Origin: Octopus vulgaris
Taxonomy: Eukaryota
Reading direction: 5' to 3'
Assembly (NCBI GenBank): GCA_951406725.2
Contig: OX597835.1
Location: 50,468,001 to 50,532,000 of the forward strand
Length of the DNA: 64,000 nt
The position numbers and the translations under genes are program-made. Below, piece by piece: positions 45,826 to 58,010 of this stretch. The notes below the pieces were generated by a model. That model searched no databases and had not been told where the DNA came from. It worked only from the letters and a program-made list of their open reading frames with translations. The stretch's first letter is position 1; the number at the start of each line of letters is the position of its first letter.

Positions 45826-48188
45826 CGGACATGCAGCCTACAAGAAACTACAAGAAACCCTCAGAATCTTTCCAGCTTGAACTTCAATAAGGCAAACTGG
45901 AAACAAATTGAGAAAGAGATCCTCAAACAAAACTGGCCTGAATGTCTCTCCTCGCCGGACATCGACATGATACTTCAACAATTCATGTCTGTAATGCAAG
46001 CCATATGCTACAAATGTGTCCCAGAGAGAAAGGCCACTGTACACAAGAACAAAATCCCCAGAGAGAGGAAAATTTTAATGAGACGGCGTACAAAAATTTC
46101 AAATCGCCTAAACAAACAAATTGAAAGTAGTGAAAAGTCCCGCCTGAAAATAAAACTGTTGGAAATTGAAAATTGTCTGCAACTTTCCCATGAGAAGGAA
46201 AGAGCAGACAAAGAAGCCTGGGCTATAGACAACATAAAAACTAACCCCAGAGCTTTCTACAGGTATGCCAAAGAAACGGCTACAGTGCACTGTAGGATAG
46301 GGCCACTCCTTGAAAAGGATGGCACACTCACAGGAAAACCAATGAGGGTAAGTGAAATACTGAATGAACAATTCAAGAGTGTTTTCACTCCACCCCTTGG
46401 GCATTTCCAAATCAGCAATCCAACTGACTTCTTTACCACTGCAGATATAGAATCAGAGGCGGCGACGATAAGTTACATCGAGATAAAGGAAGACGATGTA
46501 ATAAAGGCTATAGATGAAATGAAAATAGACTCAGCTACTGGCCCCGATGGATTCCCGGCAATCCTCCTAAAAGTATGTAAGAGAGTCTTAGCAAGACCAC
46601 TGCAGTCCCTCTTTCAGAGCTTCCTTGCAGCTGGCAAACTTCCAAGGGGACTGAAGGAAGGTAAAATATGCCCTATTCATAAAGGAGGTAGCAGAGCGGA
46701 GGCAAAGAACTACAGACCTATCTCTCTGACCTCACACATCAGCAAGGTCATGGAACGAATAGTCAGAAGGAAACTAATCACCTTCCTTGAAGAAAATGAC
46801 TTGCTGCCCGACACCCAACATGGTTTCCGACCAGGAAGAAGCTGCTTAACTCAGCTCCTGCAGCACTATGACTGGGTGCTGAAACAACTGCTCAACCACT
46901 CAAATGTGGAAGTCATATATCTCGACTTCGCAAAGGCCTTCGATAAAGTCGATCATGGAATGATATGTCACAAATTGCGTGATCTTGGCATAGTTGGAAA
47001 ACTAGGAGAATGGCTTCACGACTTTCTGAAGAATAGAAGTCAGGTGGTAGTAGCCAATGGGGCCACTTCCATTAACACGCAAATAATGAGTGGTGTTCCA
47101 CAGGGCACTGTTTTGGGACCACTACTGTTCATAATGGCCCTCTCAGACATGCCCTCAGCCACGCAGAGATCCACGATCACAAGTTATGCAGATGATACAA
47201 AAGTTTCACAGGCAATACAGAACCCTGAGGACACTAAAAACCTGCAATGTGAGCTGGACGAAATATACAAGTGGGCTGAAAAGAATAGCATGCAGTTCAA
47301 TGCTGGAAAGTTTCAAGCTTTATACTATCAGCATGCAAAACTGAATGCAATACCCAATGAATACACTGGACCCGGAGGGATTGCAATCCCAGAGGCACAA
47401 TCAGTGCGTGACCTGGGTATTCACATGAGTGATGACGCGACCTTTCATGTACATGTTGCTAAACTGACAGTGAAATGTAGACGGCTGGCTGGCTGGATTC
47501 TTAGAACCTTTAGAACAAGAGAACAAGAAACCATGATGGTCCTCTGGAAGACACTTGTCCTAAGCCACTTTGACTATTGCTCTCAGCTATGGTCACCATC
47601 CAGTGTCAAGTTGATCACAGAACTTGAGGCGATCCAACGAAGCTACACAAAGAAGATAGCCTCTATGCAGAATGTAAGCTACTGGGAAAGACTCAAGAGA
47701 TTAAAATTATACTCCCTGGAGCGTAGGCGGGAAAGATATGCCATAATATACATCTGGAAGATCCTGGAGGGAAGTGTCCTGAACTTTGGCATCGAGAGTT
47801 ACACAAATGCCAGAACTGGGCGCCACTGCGTGGTGCCTAGGACTCCAAACCTGCCATCAAGATGTAGGACAAGATTCTGTGATAGCCTGGGCTTCCGAGG
47901 CCCACAGCTCTTCAATATCCTCCCGAAGAACCTGAGAGACCTGCATGGGGTGGATACAGATGTCTTTAAAATGAAGCTGGATCTCTTCCTGTCTGGTGTC
48001 CCAGATGAACCAACTTCACGGCAGGAGGGGCAGATGAGGGCAGCTGCATCGAACTCTCTCATGCACCAAATAGCAGTTGCTAGAAAGCCCCCATGAAGTA
48101 AAACCAAGTAGCAACACCAAATGGCGGTGCCCCAGCATGGCCACAGCTCATAGGCTGGAACTGGAATCAATCAATCAATCAATCAATC
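45826..48188 (+). mobile_element. 5'-truncated CR1/L2-type non-LTR retrotransposon
   Basis: Open frame from the junction to 48096, short 3' UTR, (AATC)n tail; sits within (TA)n. Confidence 0.93.
45877..48096 (+). CDS. LINE ORF2 reverse transcriptase (739 aa, endonuclease missing)
   Basis: GPDG, NYRPISLTSHISKVMERI, QHGFRPGRSC, YLDFAKAFDKVDH, GVPQGTVLGPLLF, YADD, RDLG and LYSLERRR motifs. Confidence 0.93.
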   Translation: MNFNKANWKQIEKEILKQNWPECLSSPDIDMILQQFMSVMQAICYKCVPERKATVHKNKIPRERKILMRRRTKISNRLNKQIESSEKSRLKIKLLEIENCLQLSHEKERADKEAWAIDNIKTNPRAFYRYAKETATVHCRIGPLLEKDGTLTGKPMRVSEILNEQFKSVFTPPLGHFQISNPTDFFTTADIESEAATISYIEIKEDDVIKAIDEMKIDSATGPDGFPAILLKVCKRVLARPLQSLFQSFLAAGKLPRGLKEGKICPIHKGGSRAEAKNYRPISLTSHISKVMERIVRRKLITFLEENDLLPDTQHGFRPGRSCLTQLLQHYDWVLKQLLNHSNVEVIYLDFAKAFDKVDHGMICHKLRDLGIVGKLGEWLHDFLKNRSQVVVANGATSINTQIMSGVPQGTVLGPLLFIMALSDMPSATQRSTITSYADDTKVSQAIQNPEDTKNLQCELDEIYKWAEKNSMQFNAGKFQALYYQHAKLNAIPNEYTGPGGIAIPEAQSVRDLGIHMSDDATFHVHVAKLTVKCRRLAGWILRTFRTREQETMMVLWKTLVLSHFDYCSQLWSPSSVKLITELEAIQRSYTKKIASMQNVSYWERLKRLKLYSLERRRERYAIIYIWKILEGSVLNFGIESYTNARTGRHCVVPRTPNLPSRCRTRFCDSLGFRGPQLFNILPKNLRDLHGVDTDVFKMKLDLFLSGVPDEPTSRQEGQMRAAASNSLMHQIAVARKPP

Positions 48189-48384
48189 ATATATATATAG
48201 GTATATATATATGTATATATATATATAGGTATATATATATGTATATATATATATAGGTATATATATATGTATATATATTTATGTATATATATATGTATAT
48301 ATATTTATGTATATATATATGTATATATATTTATGTATATATATATGTATATATATATATGTATATATATATGTATATATATGT

Positions 48385-48868
48385 ATTATGAGAATTGAAG
48401 CTCCCCAAAGGTCAATCACAAAAAAGATAGATGGCATGTCAGACCTTGACTACTGGGGTAGACTAGAGAAGCTGAAATTGTATTCACTCCAACGACGCCG
48501 TGAACGCTACTTTATCTGTATGATGTGGAAAATATTCCACCGGCACTGTCCGAATGATGGCATCATCACCTTCAAAATGCATCGAAGGCTTGGACCACGT
48601 GCCATCCGTCCACAACAAAAATTCAAATCGCATCACATAACGACAATACGGCACAACTATTTCACCTCAATTGGACCTGCTCTCTTCAACATTACACCAG
48701 GGCACGTCAAAAAAGAAACTGACCACACAAAATTCAAGAAGTCTTTGGACAAATTCCTTCAAACAGTACTGGACAAACCACCCACACCCGGATATGTCTC
48801 CGCAAACAATAACTCTCTGCTTGAATGGGCCTTGGTGCCCAAATCCTGAACTGAAAGACTTCAGTATG
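48385..48868 (+). mobile_element. 3' fragment of a second, related CR1/L2-type LINE family
   Basis: [39 protein letters not shown]...GPALFN...[12 protein letters not shown] is homologous to the C-terminus of the 739-aa ORF; runs into (GTAT)n. Confidence 0.85.
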
Positions 48869-49553
48869 TATGTATGTATATATATGTGTATATATATATG
48901 TGTATATATGTATGTATATATATATATATGTGTATATATGTATGTATATATATATATATATGTGTATATATGTATGTATATATATATATGTGTATATATG
49001 TATGTATATATATATATGTGTATATATGTATGTATATATATATATGTGTATATATGTATGTATATATATATATATGTATGTATATATATATGTGTATATA
49101 TGTATGTATATATATATATATATATGTGTATATATGTATGTATATATATATATGTGTATATATGTATGTATATATATATATATGTGTATATATGTATGTA
49201 TATATATATATGTGTATATATGTATGTATATATATATATATGTGTATATATGTATGTATATATATATATATGTGTATATATGTATGTATATATATATATA
49301 TGTGTATATATGTATGTATATATATATATATGTGTATATATGTATGTATATATATATATATGTGTTATATGTGTATATATATATATGTGTATATATGTAT
49401 GTATATATATATATATGTGTGTATATATGTATATATATATATATGTATGTATATATATATATATGTGTATATGTATATATATATGTGTATATATGTATAT
49501 ATATATGTGTATGTATGTATATATATATATATGTATGTATGTATATATATATA

Positions 49554-49584
<31 letters not shown>

Positions 49585-49697
49585 GTGTGTATATATGTAT
49601 GTATATATATATATGTATGTATATATATATATGTATGTATATATGTGTATATATATATATGTATGTATATATGTATATATATATATATGTATGTATA

Positions 49698-49734
<37 letters not shown>

Positions 49735-49792
49735 GTGTGTGTGTGTATGTGTATATATGTATGTGTATATTTATATGTATATATATATATAT
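48869..49792. repeat. (TA)n/(TATG)n array with higher-order ~28-30-bp periodicity
   Basis: Repeating tgtgtatatatgtatgta(ta)n units. Confidence 0.95.
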
Positions 49793-49829
49793 GCTTTATT
49801 TCTTACTGTATTTTCCTTATCTGTTTCAG

Positions 49830-49879
49830 GGAATTTTAAAAGATGTTCCAAAGTTTGCTTATCCTTGTTCAACAGAATG
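49830..49879 (+). CDS. DENND1: DENND1-like Rab GEF, first exon visible (uDENN)
   Basis: ttcAG / GTaaga, phase 0-2; [16 protein letters not shown] aligns to EVLQTLTKFCFP of DENND1A (recalled sequence). Confidence 0.85.
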
Positions 49880-50703
49880 GTAAGATTTTATTCAGCATGA
49901 TTGTTTTTCATTAGTTGAGGATTATGTTTAGTTTTTTCTTCTGGTTAATTGCTTTGTCAAGGAGAAGGTGCTGTGCTCATGGCTCTTCCCAAGAACTCTG
50001 CAACTGGTTGATTAGCGGTGGGAGTGTAGATATCCTGAAGCCAGAGCTATCGCCTAAATGCATGCAACAGAGTGGACTTCACTAAAGTTACATCTGTTTT
50101 TTGTCCGTATACTATATTCATAAATATGTTCTGTTTTATGTAAAAAATTTGTCATCACCTGAACCTTTGTATAGTTGTGTATGTGTGATGAAGGATTTTA
50201 TTTTGCAACAGCTTCATTCTGGGTTTGATCAGACTGTATGGCACCTTTCTGTAGTTCAGGCCAACCGAAATTATGTGAGTAAAATTTTGGTTCAATGGCC
50301 ATTCTTGTTCTTTGCCATACCCTTCTTTCACCTAGCCCATGAGTGCCTTGAGAATCTTCTGTGATGTAAACAATCAGAGCAGGTTTCCTATCTGAAAATA
50401 ACTTCTTTCATTCCACTCAGCAGACTTACAGACCATAAAAAAGGTCATAGACACTTCATTTCCTCTTGTGACTAAGCCATGCTTCATCCTTCAATCTTTG
50501 CACTGTATTAATGATTTCCTTTTCTCCATAAGTAAATTAAAAGCTGTACTGCTAAGAACTGGTGCTGTGAACCAATCGGATAACTTCTTTAATTTCTTTC
50601 AATTGTTTATTTATTGATTACAACATGATGATATATTGTTAAACCCCGTTACGAGTCTCTGTGTTGCTAAACACCATTAGGATTACTTGTTTTACTCTTT
50701 CAG

Positions 50704-50811
50704 TGCTGCCGTTGACTATTTCACCTTTGTACTTACTGATACTAAGAGTAAGTTTACTTATGGATTCTGTCGACATGCTACTAGTGCTCAAACGTGCCTG
50801 TGTATACTCAG
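50704..50811 (+). CDS. DENND1: DENND1-like Rab GEF exon
   Basis: ttcAG / GTaagt, phase 2-2; FTFVLTDTKSKFTYGFCRHATSAQTCLCILS. Confidence 0.95.
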
Positions 50812-51451
50812 GTAAGTGAACCCATTCTGTTGTTGTTTATTAATAGTAGTGGGGAATGTTAGGAAGCAAATGTTACTAACCACTTTTGACTTCATCATAT
50901 TCATGTTGCTTTTATTTTCTTAATTTTGGAAATATTGATTTTAAAAAATTTTCTTTTGCATCTCTCTCTTTCTCTCTTAACTGTTCTGTGTCCATATTTC
51001 TAATGAAATACAATGTGACATTTTGGCAGTTGTCTAACATATAGTTCCTATAGTGTTCATTCTAGCTCTCTGCTCTCAAATTCTGTCGAAGTCAACTTTA
51101 TCAACATTGAGAGGATGAAAGACAAAGTACCAGTCTTGGACTGGAATTGATTCTTCTTTTTCTCTCCTCACTCTCTGTCTGTCAGTCTGTTTGCTGTCAC
51201 TCCCCCTCTGGCCCCCTCTCTCTCTGGTAGAAATTGACATGTTCAGACCTGGAAAGGGTTGGGTGTTACCAAGTTTAGAATACCATGAACCTGCTCCTGT
51301 AACTCTACCAGGAGTTAAGGATCCATCATCATTACTTTGCCTATTTTTCTGAACCAATTCTGTTGAAAATAATTAATAATTAATAATTAACTAACTTCTC
51401 CATTATTAAATTGACATTTAATACAAAGTTAACAAAAAGATTTCTTAATTA

Positions 51452-51659
51452 CAGAGTAGGCCAAAAGTCATGCACAAAATAAGTCCAATACACTCTGGAA
51501 TTGTCAAAGACATTCTTCAATTTTTCTAAAATTGAATAGAATAAAGGAATGATGAATACACATGTACATGATGAATGAAATTGATAATAAGAATAAGAAT
51601 AATAACATAATGTAAATAAAATGCCAAATGCTTTGGTGTGTAACTTTTGGCTCACCCTA
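51452..51659. mobile_element. Tc1/mariner-type MITE
   Basis: TA-flanked imperfect TIRs cagagtaggccaaaagt / acttttggctcacccta. Confidence 0.6.
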
Positions 51660-51811
51660 TATTATGATAGATTTAAATATAAACAATTTACAAAGGATGG
51701 TGGTCTTATGCCATAGAACCAGGGAAGGTGGTTTCTGGTAGGTTAAGATCAAAAGGGTTATCTGCTCTTCGTTATTGTAATCTGATGTTCTTTGTATTTC
51801 ATTTATTTCAG

Positions 51812-51971
51812 TTCCCTTCCTTGGTATGAGATCTTCTACCGTTTCCTCAATCTACTTGCCGAAATCAGTAACCGCACTGAAAAGAATGATGTTACTTTGC
51901 TTCTTAATGAGGCGTACAAGCTTGATTTACCTGAACCTTGTAGTCAGGTGACAATTGTAGCCCAGGAAGAG
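51812..51971 (+). CDS. DENND1: DENND1-like Rab GEF exon
   Basis: ttcAG / GTaaac, phase 2-0; SLPWYEIFYRFLNLLAE...LDLPEPCSQVTIVAQEE. Confidence 0.95.
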
Positions 51972-53019
51972 GTAAACAAAGACTTATTTTTGTTGGTGTT
52001 GTTGTTGTTGGTGATTAACCTCAGCTGAGTCCTGATATGATCCAAAGGCATTCTACTTGTGACTGTCATGCCTTTGTGCTTATCAAGGCCTACATTGCTC
52101 AATGTATATATCTTTACTTATAACCCCAGCATGATTTGAGGGAAATTTGGGTTTTATTTCTAGTAGGTCAAGTGACTGCATAGGTTGTGTGGTTGTTGTT
52201 GTAGATTATGTGTAGCCAAATCTGTTTGAATGTCTCGGTGACATGGCAGTCATGGGTGACTATTTGAGGGTTACTCACAAACCCAATACATCAGGAATAT
52301 GTTATGTTCTAATCTAGTTTGTGGACCAAATTTTAAAATTTCTTCATTCAGTTTTAGGACATGGTACAGTGAATCTGTTTTTTGCTCTTGTTGTGAATCA
52401 TTTTTTTATGCAATACATAAAAGGTACCCAATCTGGTGACATGTAAGAGGCACTTGTGCTAGTGACACGTATGAGGCACCCTGCCAGTGACACGTACAAG
52501 GAACTTGTGCCAGTGACACATACGAGGCACCTGTACTGGTGACATGTGAAAGGCACCCAGTACATTCTGTAAAGTGGTTGGCATTAGGAAAAGCATCCAA
52601 CCATAGAAACCAAGCCAAAATAGATGACTGAAGCCTGATGCAACACTCCAGCTTACCAGCTCCAGTCAAACCATCTAACTCATGCCAGCATAGAAAATGG
52701 CCATTAAATGATGATTTTTGTTTAGTCAGAAGATTAAAGCAGTTCCCACAAACCCTTCAAACTGGCTAAAGGGAGGAAGGTTAAACTGGCGACTTGGCCC
52801 CAATGCTTGCAACAGAAAGGGCTTCACTAAAAGCACACAAGGTGCCAAGTGATGGTATTCAACTGGGTGAGGAATTAAGCCTATCACCCAGAATGTGCAA
52901 TGCCAGAGCTAATACTGCAAGGCATCTGATTTGCCTCTCTAACAGTTCTGCCAATTTAAAGTTGGGTTGGAACATTGTTTTTGTATATCTGAAGTTGGTT
53001 GGTAATAATTGCAACAAAC

Positions 53020-53410
53020 ACAGGTGCAGATATGGTTGTGTGGTAAGAAGCTTGCTTCCCATTTACATGATCCTGGGCTCAGTCCCATTGCATAGCACCT
53101 TAGGCAAGTGTCTTCTACTAAAGCCTGTGGCTAATCAAACACTTGTGAGTCGATTTTGTTAAACTAAATGAAGTTTGTTGTGTGTGTGTGTGTGTGTACA
53201 TGCATGTCTTTGCGTTTTCCCCTACCATCACTTGACAACCAGTGTTGGTGTGTTTACATCCCCATAAGTTCATGGTTTGGCAAAAGAGATCAACAGAATA
53301 AGTACCAGGCTTTAGAAAAAATAAGTACTGTGCTTAATACATTTGACTAAAAAATCTTCAAAGTGGTGCGCAGCACGGCTGTTGTCTAGTGACTGAAACA
53401 AGTAAAAAAT
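53020..53410 (+). mobile_element. tRNA-derived CORE-like SINE (family 3)
   Basis: tRNA-like head (ggttgtgtggtaagaagcttgc...ctcagtccc), gcaccttaggcaagtgtctt core, internal (TG)n. Copies near 2105, 23785, 54210, 54395, 57480 and 62935. Confidence 0.75.
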
Positions 53411-56098
53411 AAACAACGAGATGCATACTGAAATTGAACTCTGTCATCATCTGTTAGTGTTGATTTTCTCTTGGATGTTATATATACATGCTACAGGAGG
53501 CTGCTAACACCTCGTCTGATCCTGGAATGGAAACAGCTGTTGTGGGTAATTTTAGCAATAATATATACACATATAGTTTGCCTTTGTCTGGAATAGCTAA
53601 GAGATGAAGTGATTTTGTATTTATTTTTAATAGCAGACAGTAGTTGTAATAAGACATAATGGCTGGATGTCAGTGTTTATAATAATCCTGTGTGGTCACT
53701 TGTCCTGCTAGAAATATCAACTAAATCTCCATCAAATCAAATGCTATCATCAAAACAAAAAGCAAAAGGGGAGGGGAGCATTGTGCAGTGTACTACAAGT
53801 AGAAAAAAGACAGCTCTTGGTTGATATGCTCAGGCTCATAAGTGTACTCAGGGCTGCTTTTGGGCTAAATGACATCTCACACAAATATATATTTCTTTAC
53901 TATCCACAAGGGGACAAACAAGGACAGACAAAGAGATTAAGTCGATTACATCGACCCAGTGCGAAACTGGTACTTTATTTATCAACCCCGAGAGGATGAA
54001 AGGCAAAGTCGACTTCAGCAGAATTTGAACTCAGAGCATAACAACAGACAAAATACTGCTAAGCATTTCACCCGGCGTGCTAACGTTTCTGCCAACTCAC
54101 CACCTTCATCTCAAACAAATATAGAGAAGTAATATTGACATCACCTTACTATATATGGAAACTCCTAATTTTATTAACATGAGACAACACCTCACTATAT
54201 ATGCAAAAGTTGTGGTGTGTTATAAGAGGTTTGTTTTGCAACCACATGCTTTCCGGTTCATTTCGCTATTTAAGTCACTGAAGCATATATAAATCAAACT
54301 ATTTCTTTAAACAAATTTTTAGTATAATATTCATTATTTATTGAGATAACTAAAGCTGGTTCATTTTTTTAAAAATAGATTTGAAAAAAAAATTGTGTAG
54401 TAAAAAGCTTGCTTTCCAATTCTATGGTTTTAGGTTCAATTCCACTGCATGGTACCTTGGGCAAGTGTCTTCTGCTACATCTTTGAACCAACCAAAGACT
54501 TGTGTATGAACTTGACATGCAGAAGCTCCATCTTATGTATACATGTGTGTTAGTGGTGTGAAAGTGCTTATGTTTGCCTTAATAGATTTCTCCACCTCCT
54601 CCTGTTTTATGTCTGTTTGCTTCACATTGTTCCCAGTTTAAGTATGGATCTTCTTCCTAATACACAAATGGTACCTTTTGCTTGTCTGTGAATATGGAAT
54701 GGTAAAAATTCTTAAATACAAGCCTCACCTTCCCAAGGTTAGGTGTAGGGTTAGCAGGCCCTGCCACATAAGAAGGTTTCTTGTGAAGAAAATTTAACAG
54801 GAAGCAAAACAAAGTTATTTGTATGAGGCAAAGGAGGCTGCCTATCTTAGGAGCTAATGTTATCTTTTGACTTAAGTCCTTGTACTGCTCTGTTCTCCTC
54901 TTATAAACCCACGAAGAAAAAAAATTGTCACTTGGATGAAAAAATTATTTTGAAAATTTGTTTTGTTTAAAATTGTTGCTTTTTCTTATTGCTAACAACT
55001 CAGCATTTTTGATTAACAAACAGTTGCTAAACCTGTTTGTCAGCCAGGCAAACTGAGAAATGTCTTGTGTAATGTTTCCCAGCTGTTTATCATAATTTTT
55101 GATACTTTGAATCCATACTGAAACCTCGTGTGCAGCCTTCAATCTTTCATACAGCTTATGAATCATATATTTTGTAAATTAAAATGACTTTTAGCATTTT
55201 GATGTGCACTGACCAATACACTGTCTTGCAGCTTAGAAGGAACATTGATACTGAAGCAAGCCTTTGTTCTAGAACCCTCACTGACTGAAATAGTAAGGTT
55301 TGAAATCCTGATTATATGGACATGGTTCAGTGTGTTACTGTCATTGCTATTATACTAAGATAACATTTTTTCCAAATCTTACGAAACCATTTACGTTTTC
55401 AATAGTTTTATTTTACCAATGAATTTGCTGATTGTATTTATTTAACTGAAAGTGTTATTAATATTAGTTTCAAATTTTGGGACAAGGCCAGCAATTTTGG
55501 GGGAGGAGCTAGAGGATTACATTGACCCCAGCATGTAACTGGTACTTATTTTATCAACTTTGAAATATGAAAGGAAAAGTTGACCATGGCAGAATTTGAA
55601 CTCAGAACATAAAGACAGATCAAATGCTGCTAAGCATTCTGTCTGGTATGCTAATGATTCTGCCATCTTGTCGCCTTAACAAAGTTACTAATATTTTTGA
55701 AGTCATTATAAGAACTAGTTTGTGAGTTAATCACCAAGCCCACCTAACACTTGATGGATCTCAAACCACGTATCAACCTTTGCTATTTTTGGGGGATGGG
55801 GAGGGGGTCTCTGATATGGGGTGCATAATGTTTTACGTCATTTACTTGAAAATCTTTACTTTTAATTCGGAATTTACTTTGCAAGGTGATTTCATGTAGC
55901 AGACATGAAACTAAAATGGTACACATTGTTATGTTGGACATTAACACCAAACAATATATTGAATCTCATCATTTGTGTTTGTTGTTTTCTCTTGTTTCAT
56001 AACGAGGGTTTATCATATCTAATGTTGTTTATATTAAAATCTTTGCTGTTTATTCATAATTTGGTAATGTTTTCTCTTTTTTCAACTCTCTTTTTTAG

Positions 56099-56152
56099 AT
56101 GTTTACTTTCACTGCTCCTGATCCAAATAAACTCCCCAGCATTCCAGCGAGT
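56099..56152 (+). CDS. DENND1: DENND1-like Rab GEF exon
   Basis: tttAG / GTgagt, phase 0-0; MFTFTAPDPNKLPSIPAS. Confidence 0.92.
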
Positions 56153-56934
56153 GTGAGTAATCACAAAAAAGCTTTCTCTCTCTTCTACTGCAGCTGATAT
56201 TCTTTTCAATTTTGACATCCACAAAAAAACTATTTCTCTCTTTTTTCTCTTTTACAGTGTTTTTCTTTCCTTTCAGTTTTCAGTCTTGCTATATTATTTT
56301 GTCTTTGACACACTCTCATCATTGCATCATCACCTTGCTCATCCCCCAGTCTCACTCATCTCCTGCACCACCTTTGCCCCACTCCACTGCCCTCACCTGT
56401 CACGTCATCATCGTTACCCCATCACTGTTGCCCTATCATGTCTCACTCAACTCTCTCTCCTCTTTGCCCTCATCTCCCTTACCCCCATCACCTTCCTCCT
56501 CCCTTACCCCACATATTACCCCTACGTTTCCCTTCCCCCTCTCACATCTCCCTTCCCCCCACATCTCCCTTCCCCCCCACATCTCCTTTCCTCCACATCT
56601 CTCGTCTCTGCCCTCCTAATTTCTCTCCTTACTCCCACGTCACCTCCTGCTGTTTAACGAGGTAAACTGTTCCTTGTTATATTTTTATTTGAAGTGAAGT
56701 GAACTGGTTAGTTAGAAACAATGTTGCACTGGCAATTGATTGCAAAATGAAACCCCCTATGGTCCTCTCTGTCACCCTCTTCCCGGACCAACCAGCCAGC
56801 AGTTATATAAGTGGCCAGTTGGGACAGACTCATTGTGTGCCAATAAGCTTTGTTGTTTTCTCCAGGTCAACCATAATGAAGCATACCCATGATAGAAAAG
56901 GCATTCCAACTCTGATCATTCCATCTGTTTAGGG

Positions 56935-57265
56935 CAGTGCTTCTCAACCAGGATCCATATGACCCTTTGTTGTCTGTATGAGATTCTTGTGGGGATCTAC
57001 ACAAGCAAAAAAAAAAAAAAAAAATATCAACAGTTGTATTTTCTGGGTCTGTGAAAAAGTTTTCCTTAGATGTATTTATGGCAAGAAACATCTCTCATGA
57101 TTCATATAATTCATTGCACACAAGTTAATGTGTGATAAACAAAATAGGAATTTTGAAACAAGTCTCTATAAAATTAGTTTTTACATATCGAATGGCTATG
57201 GGGGTCCACTAGAATAAAATAGTAATCAAACGGGTCTACAGGTAAAAAATGGTTGAGAACTACTG
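56935..57265. mobile_element. hAT-like MITE
   Basis: TIRs cagtgcttctcaacca / tggttgagaactactg; no clear TSD. Confidence 0.65.
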
Positions 57266-57827
57266 AGGGGTTTCTAAGATGACAATACCCAATGTCCTTA
57301 CAGTTTATGACTTAGGGATGTGATTTGAGAGCAGTTTGGCTGTTATTTTTGACAATTCAAATGACCATAAAGAAGCTTTATTGAGTTAACCTCTAAAATA
57401 TTAGCTAAAATATTAACTTCTAAAATATCTATATTATTTGTCTGTTGCTGACCACATGGTGTTTTATATACATATATTAGGTGTGTCTGTGTGGTTGATA
57501 AACTTACTTTGCGACCACATGGTTTTGGGTTCAGTCCTGCATGACACCTTAAGCAAGCAACTTCTACAATAAATCTGGGCCAACCAATGTCTTGTGAGTG
57601 AATTTCATAGACAAAAATTGTGAATTCCTGTTGGGTGTGTATCTTTGTCCCTCTACTCCACCACTTGACAACGAGTGTTGGTTTCTTTACATTCCCATAA
57701 GTTTGTGATTCAGAAGAAGCGACCAATAAAATAAATACCAGACTTAACAGAAGAAAAGTACTGGGGTTCATTTGGTTTACTAAACCCTTCAATGTGGTGG
57801 GCACAGGTCCAATGACTGAAACAAGTA

Positions 57828-57914
<87 letters not shown>

Positions 57915-57919
57915 AATTT

Positions 57920-57969
57920 GAGGGAATATTCAGGGAATAATTCAATTTAGAAATACTAAATCAAATTTC

Positions 57970-58010
<41 letters not shown>

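Noticed and set aside
56212-56665. Pro/Ser/His-rich ORFs
   Set aside because: A pyrimidine-rich low-complexity intronic tract; DENND1 splices in frame without it.
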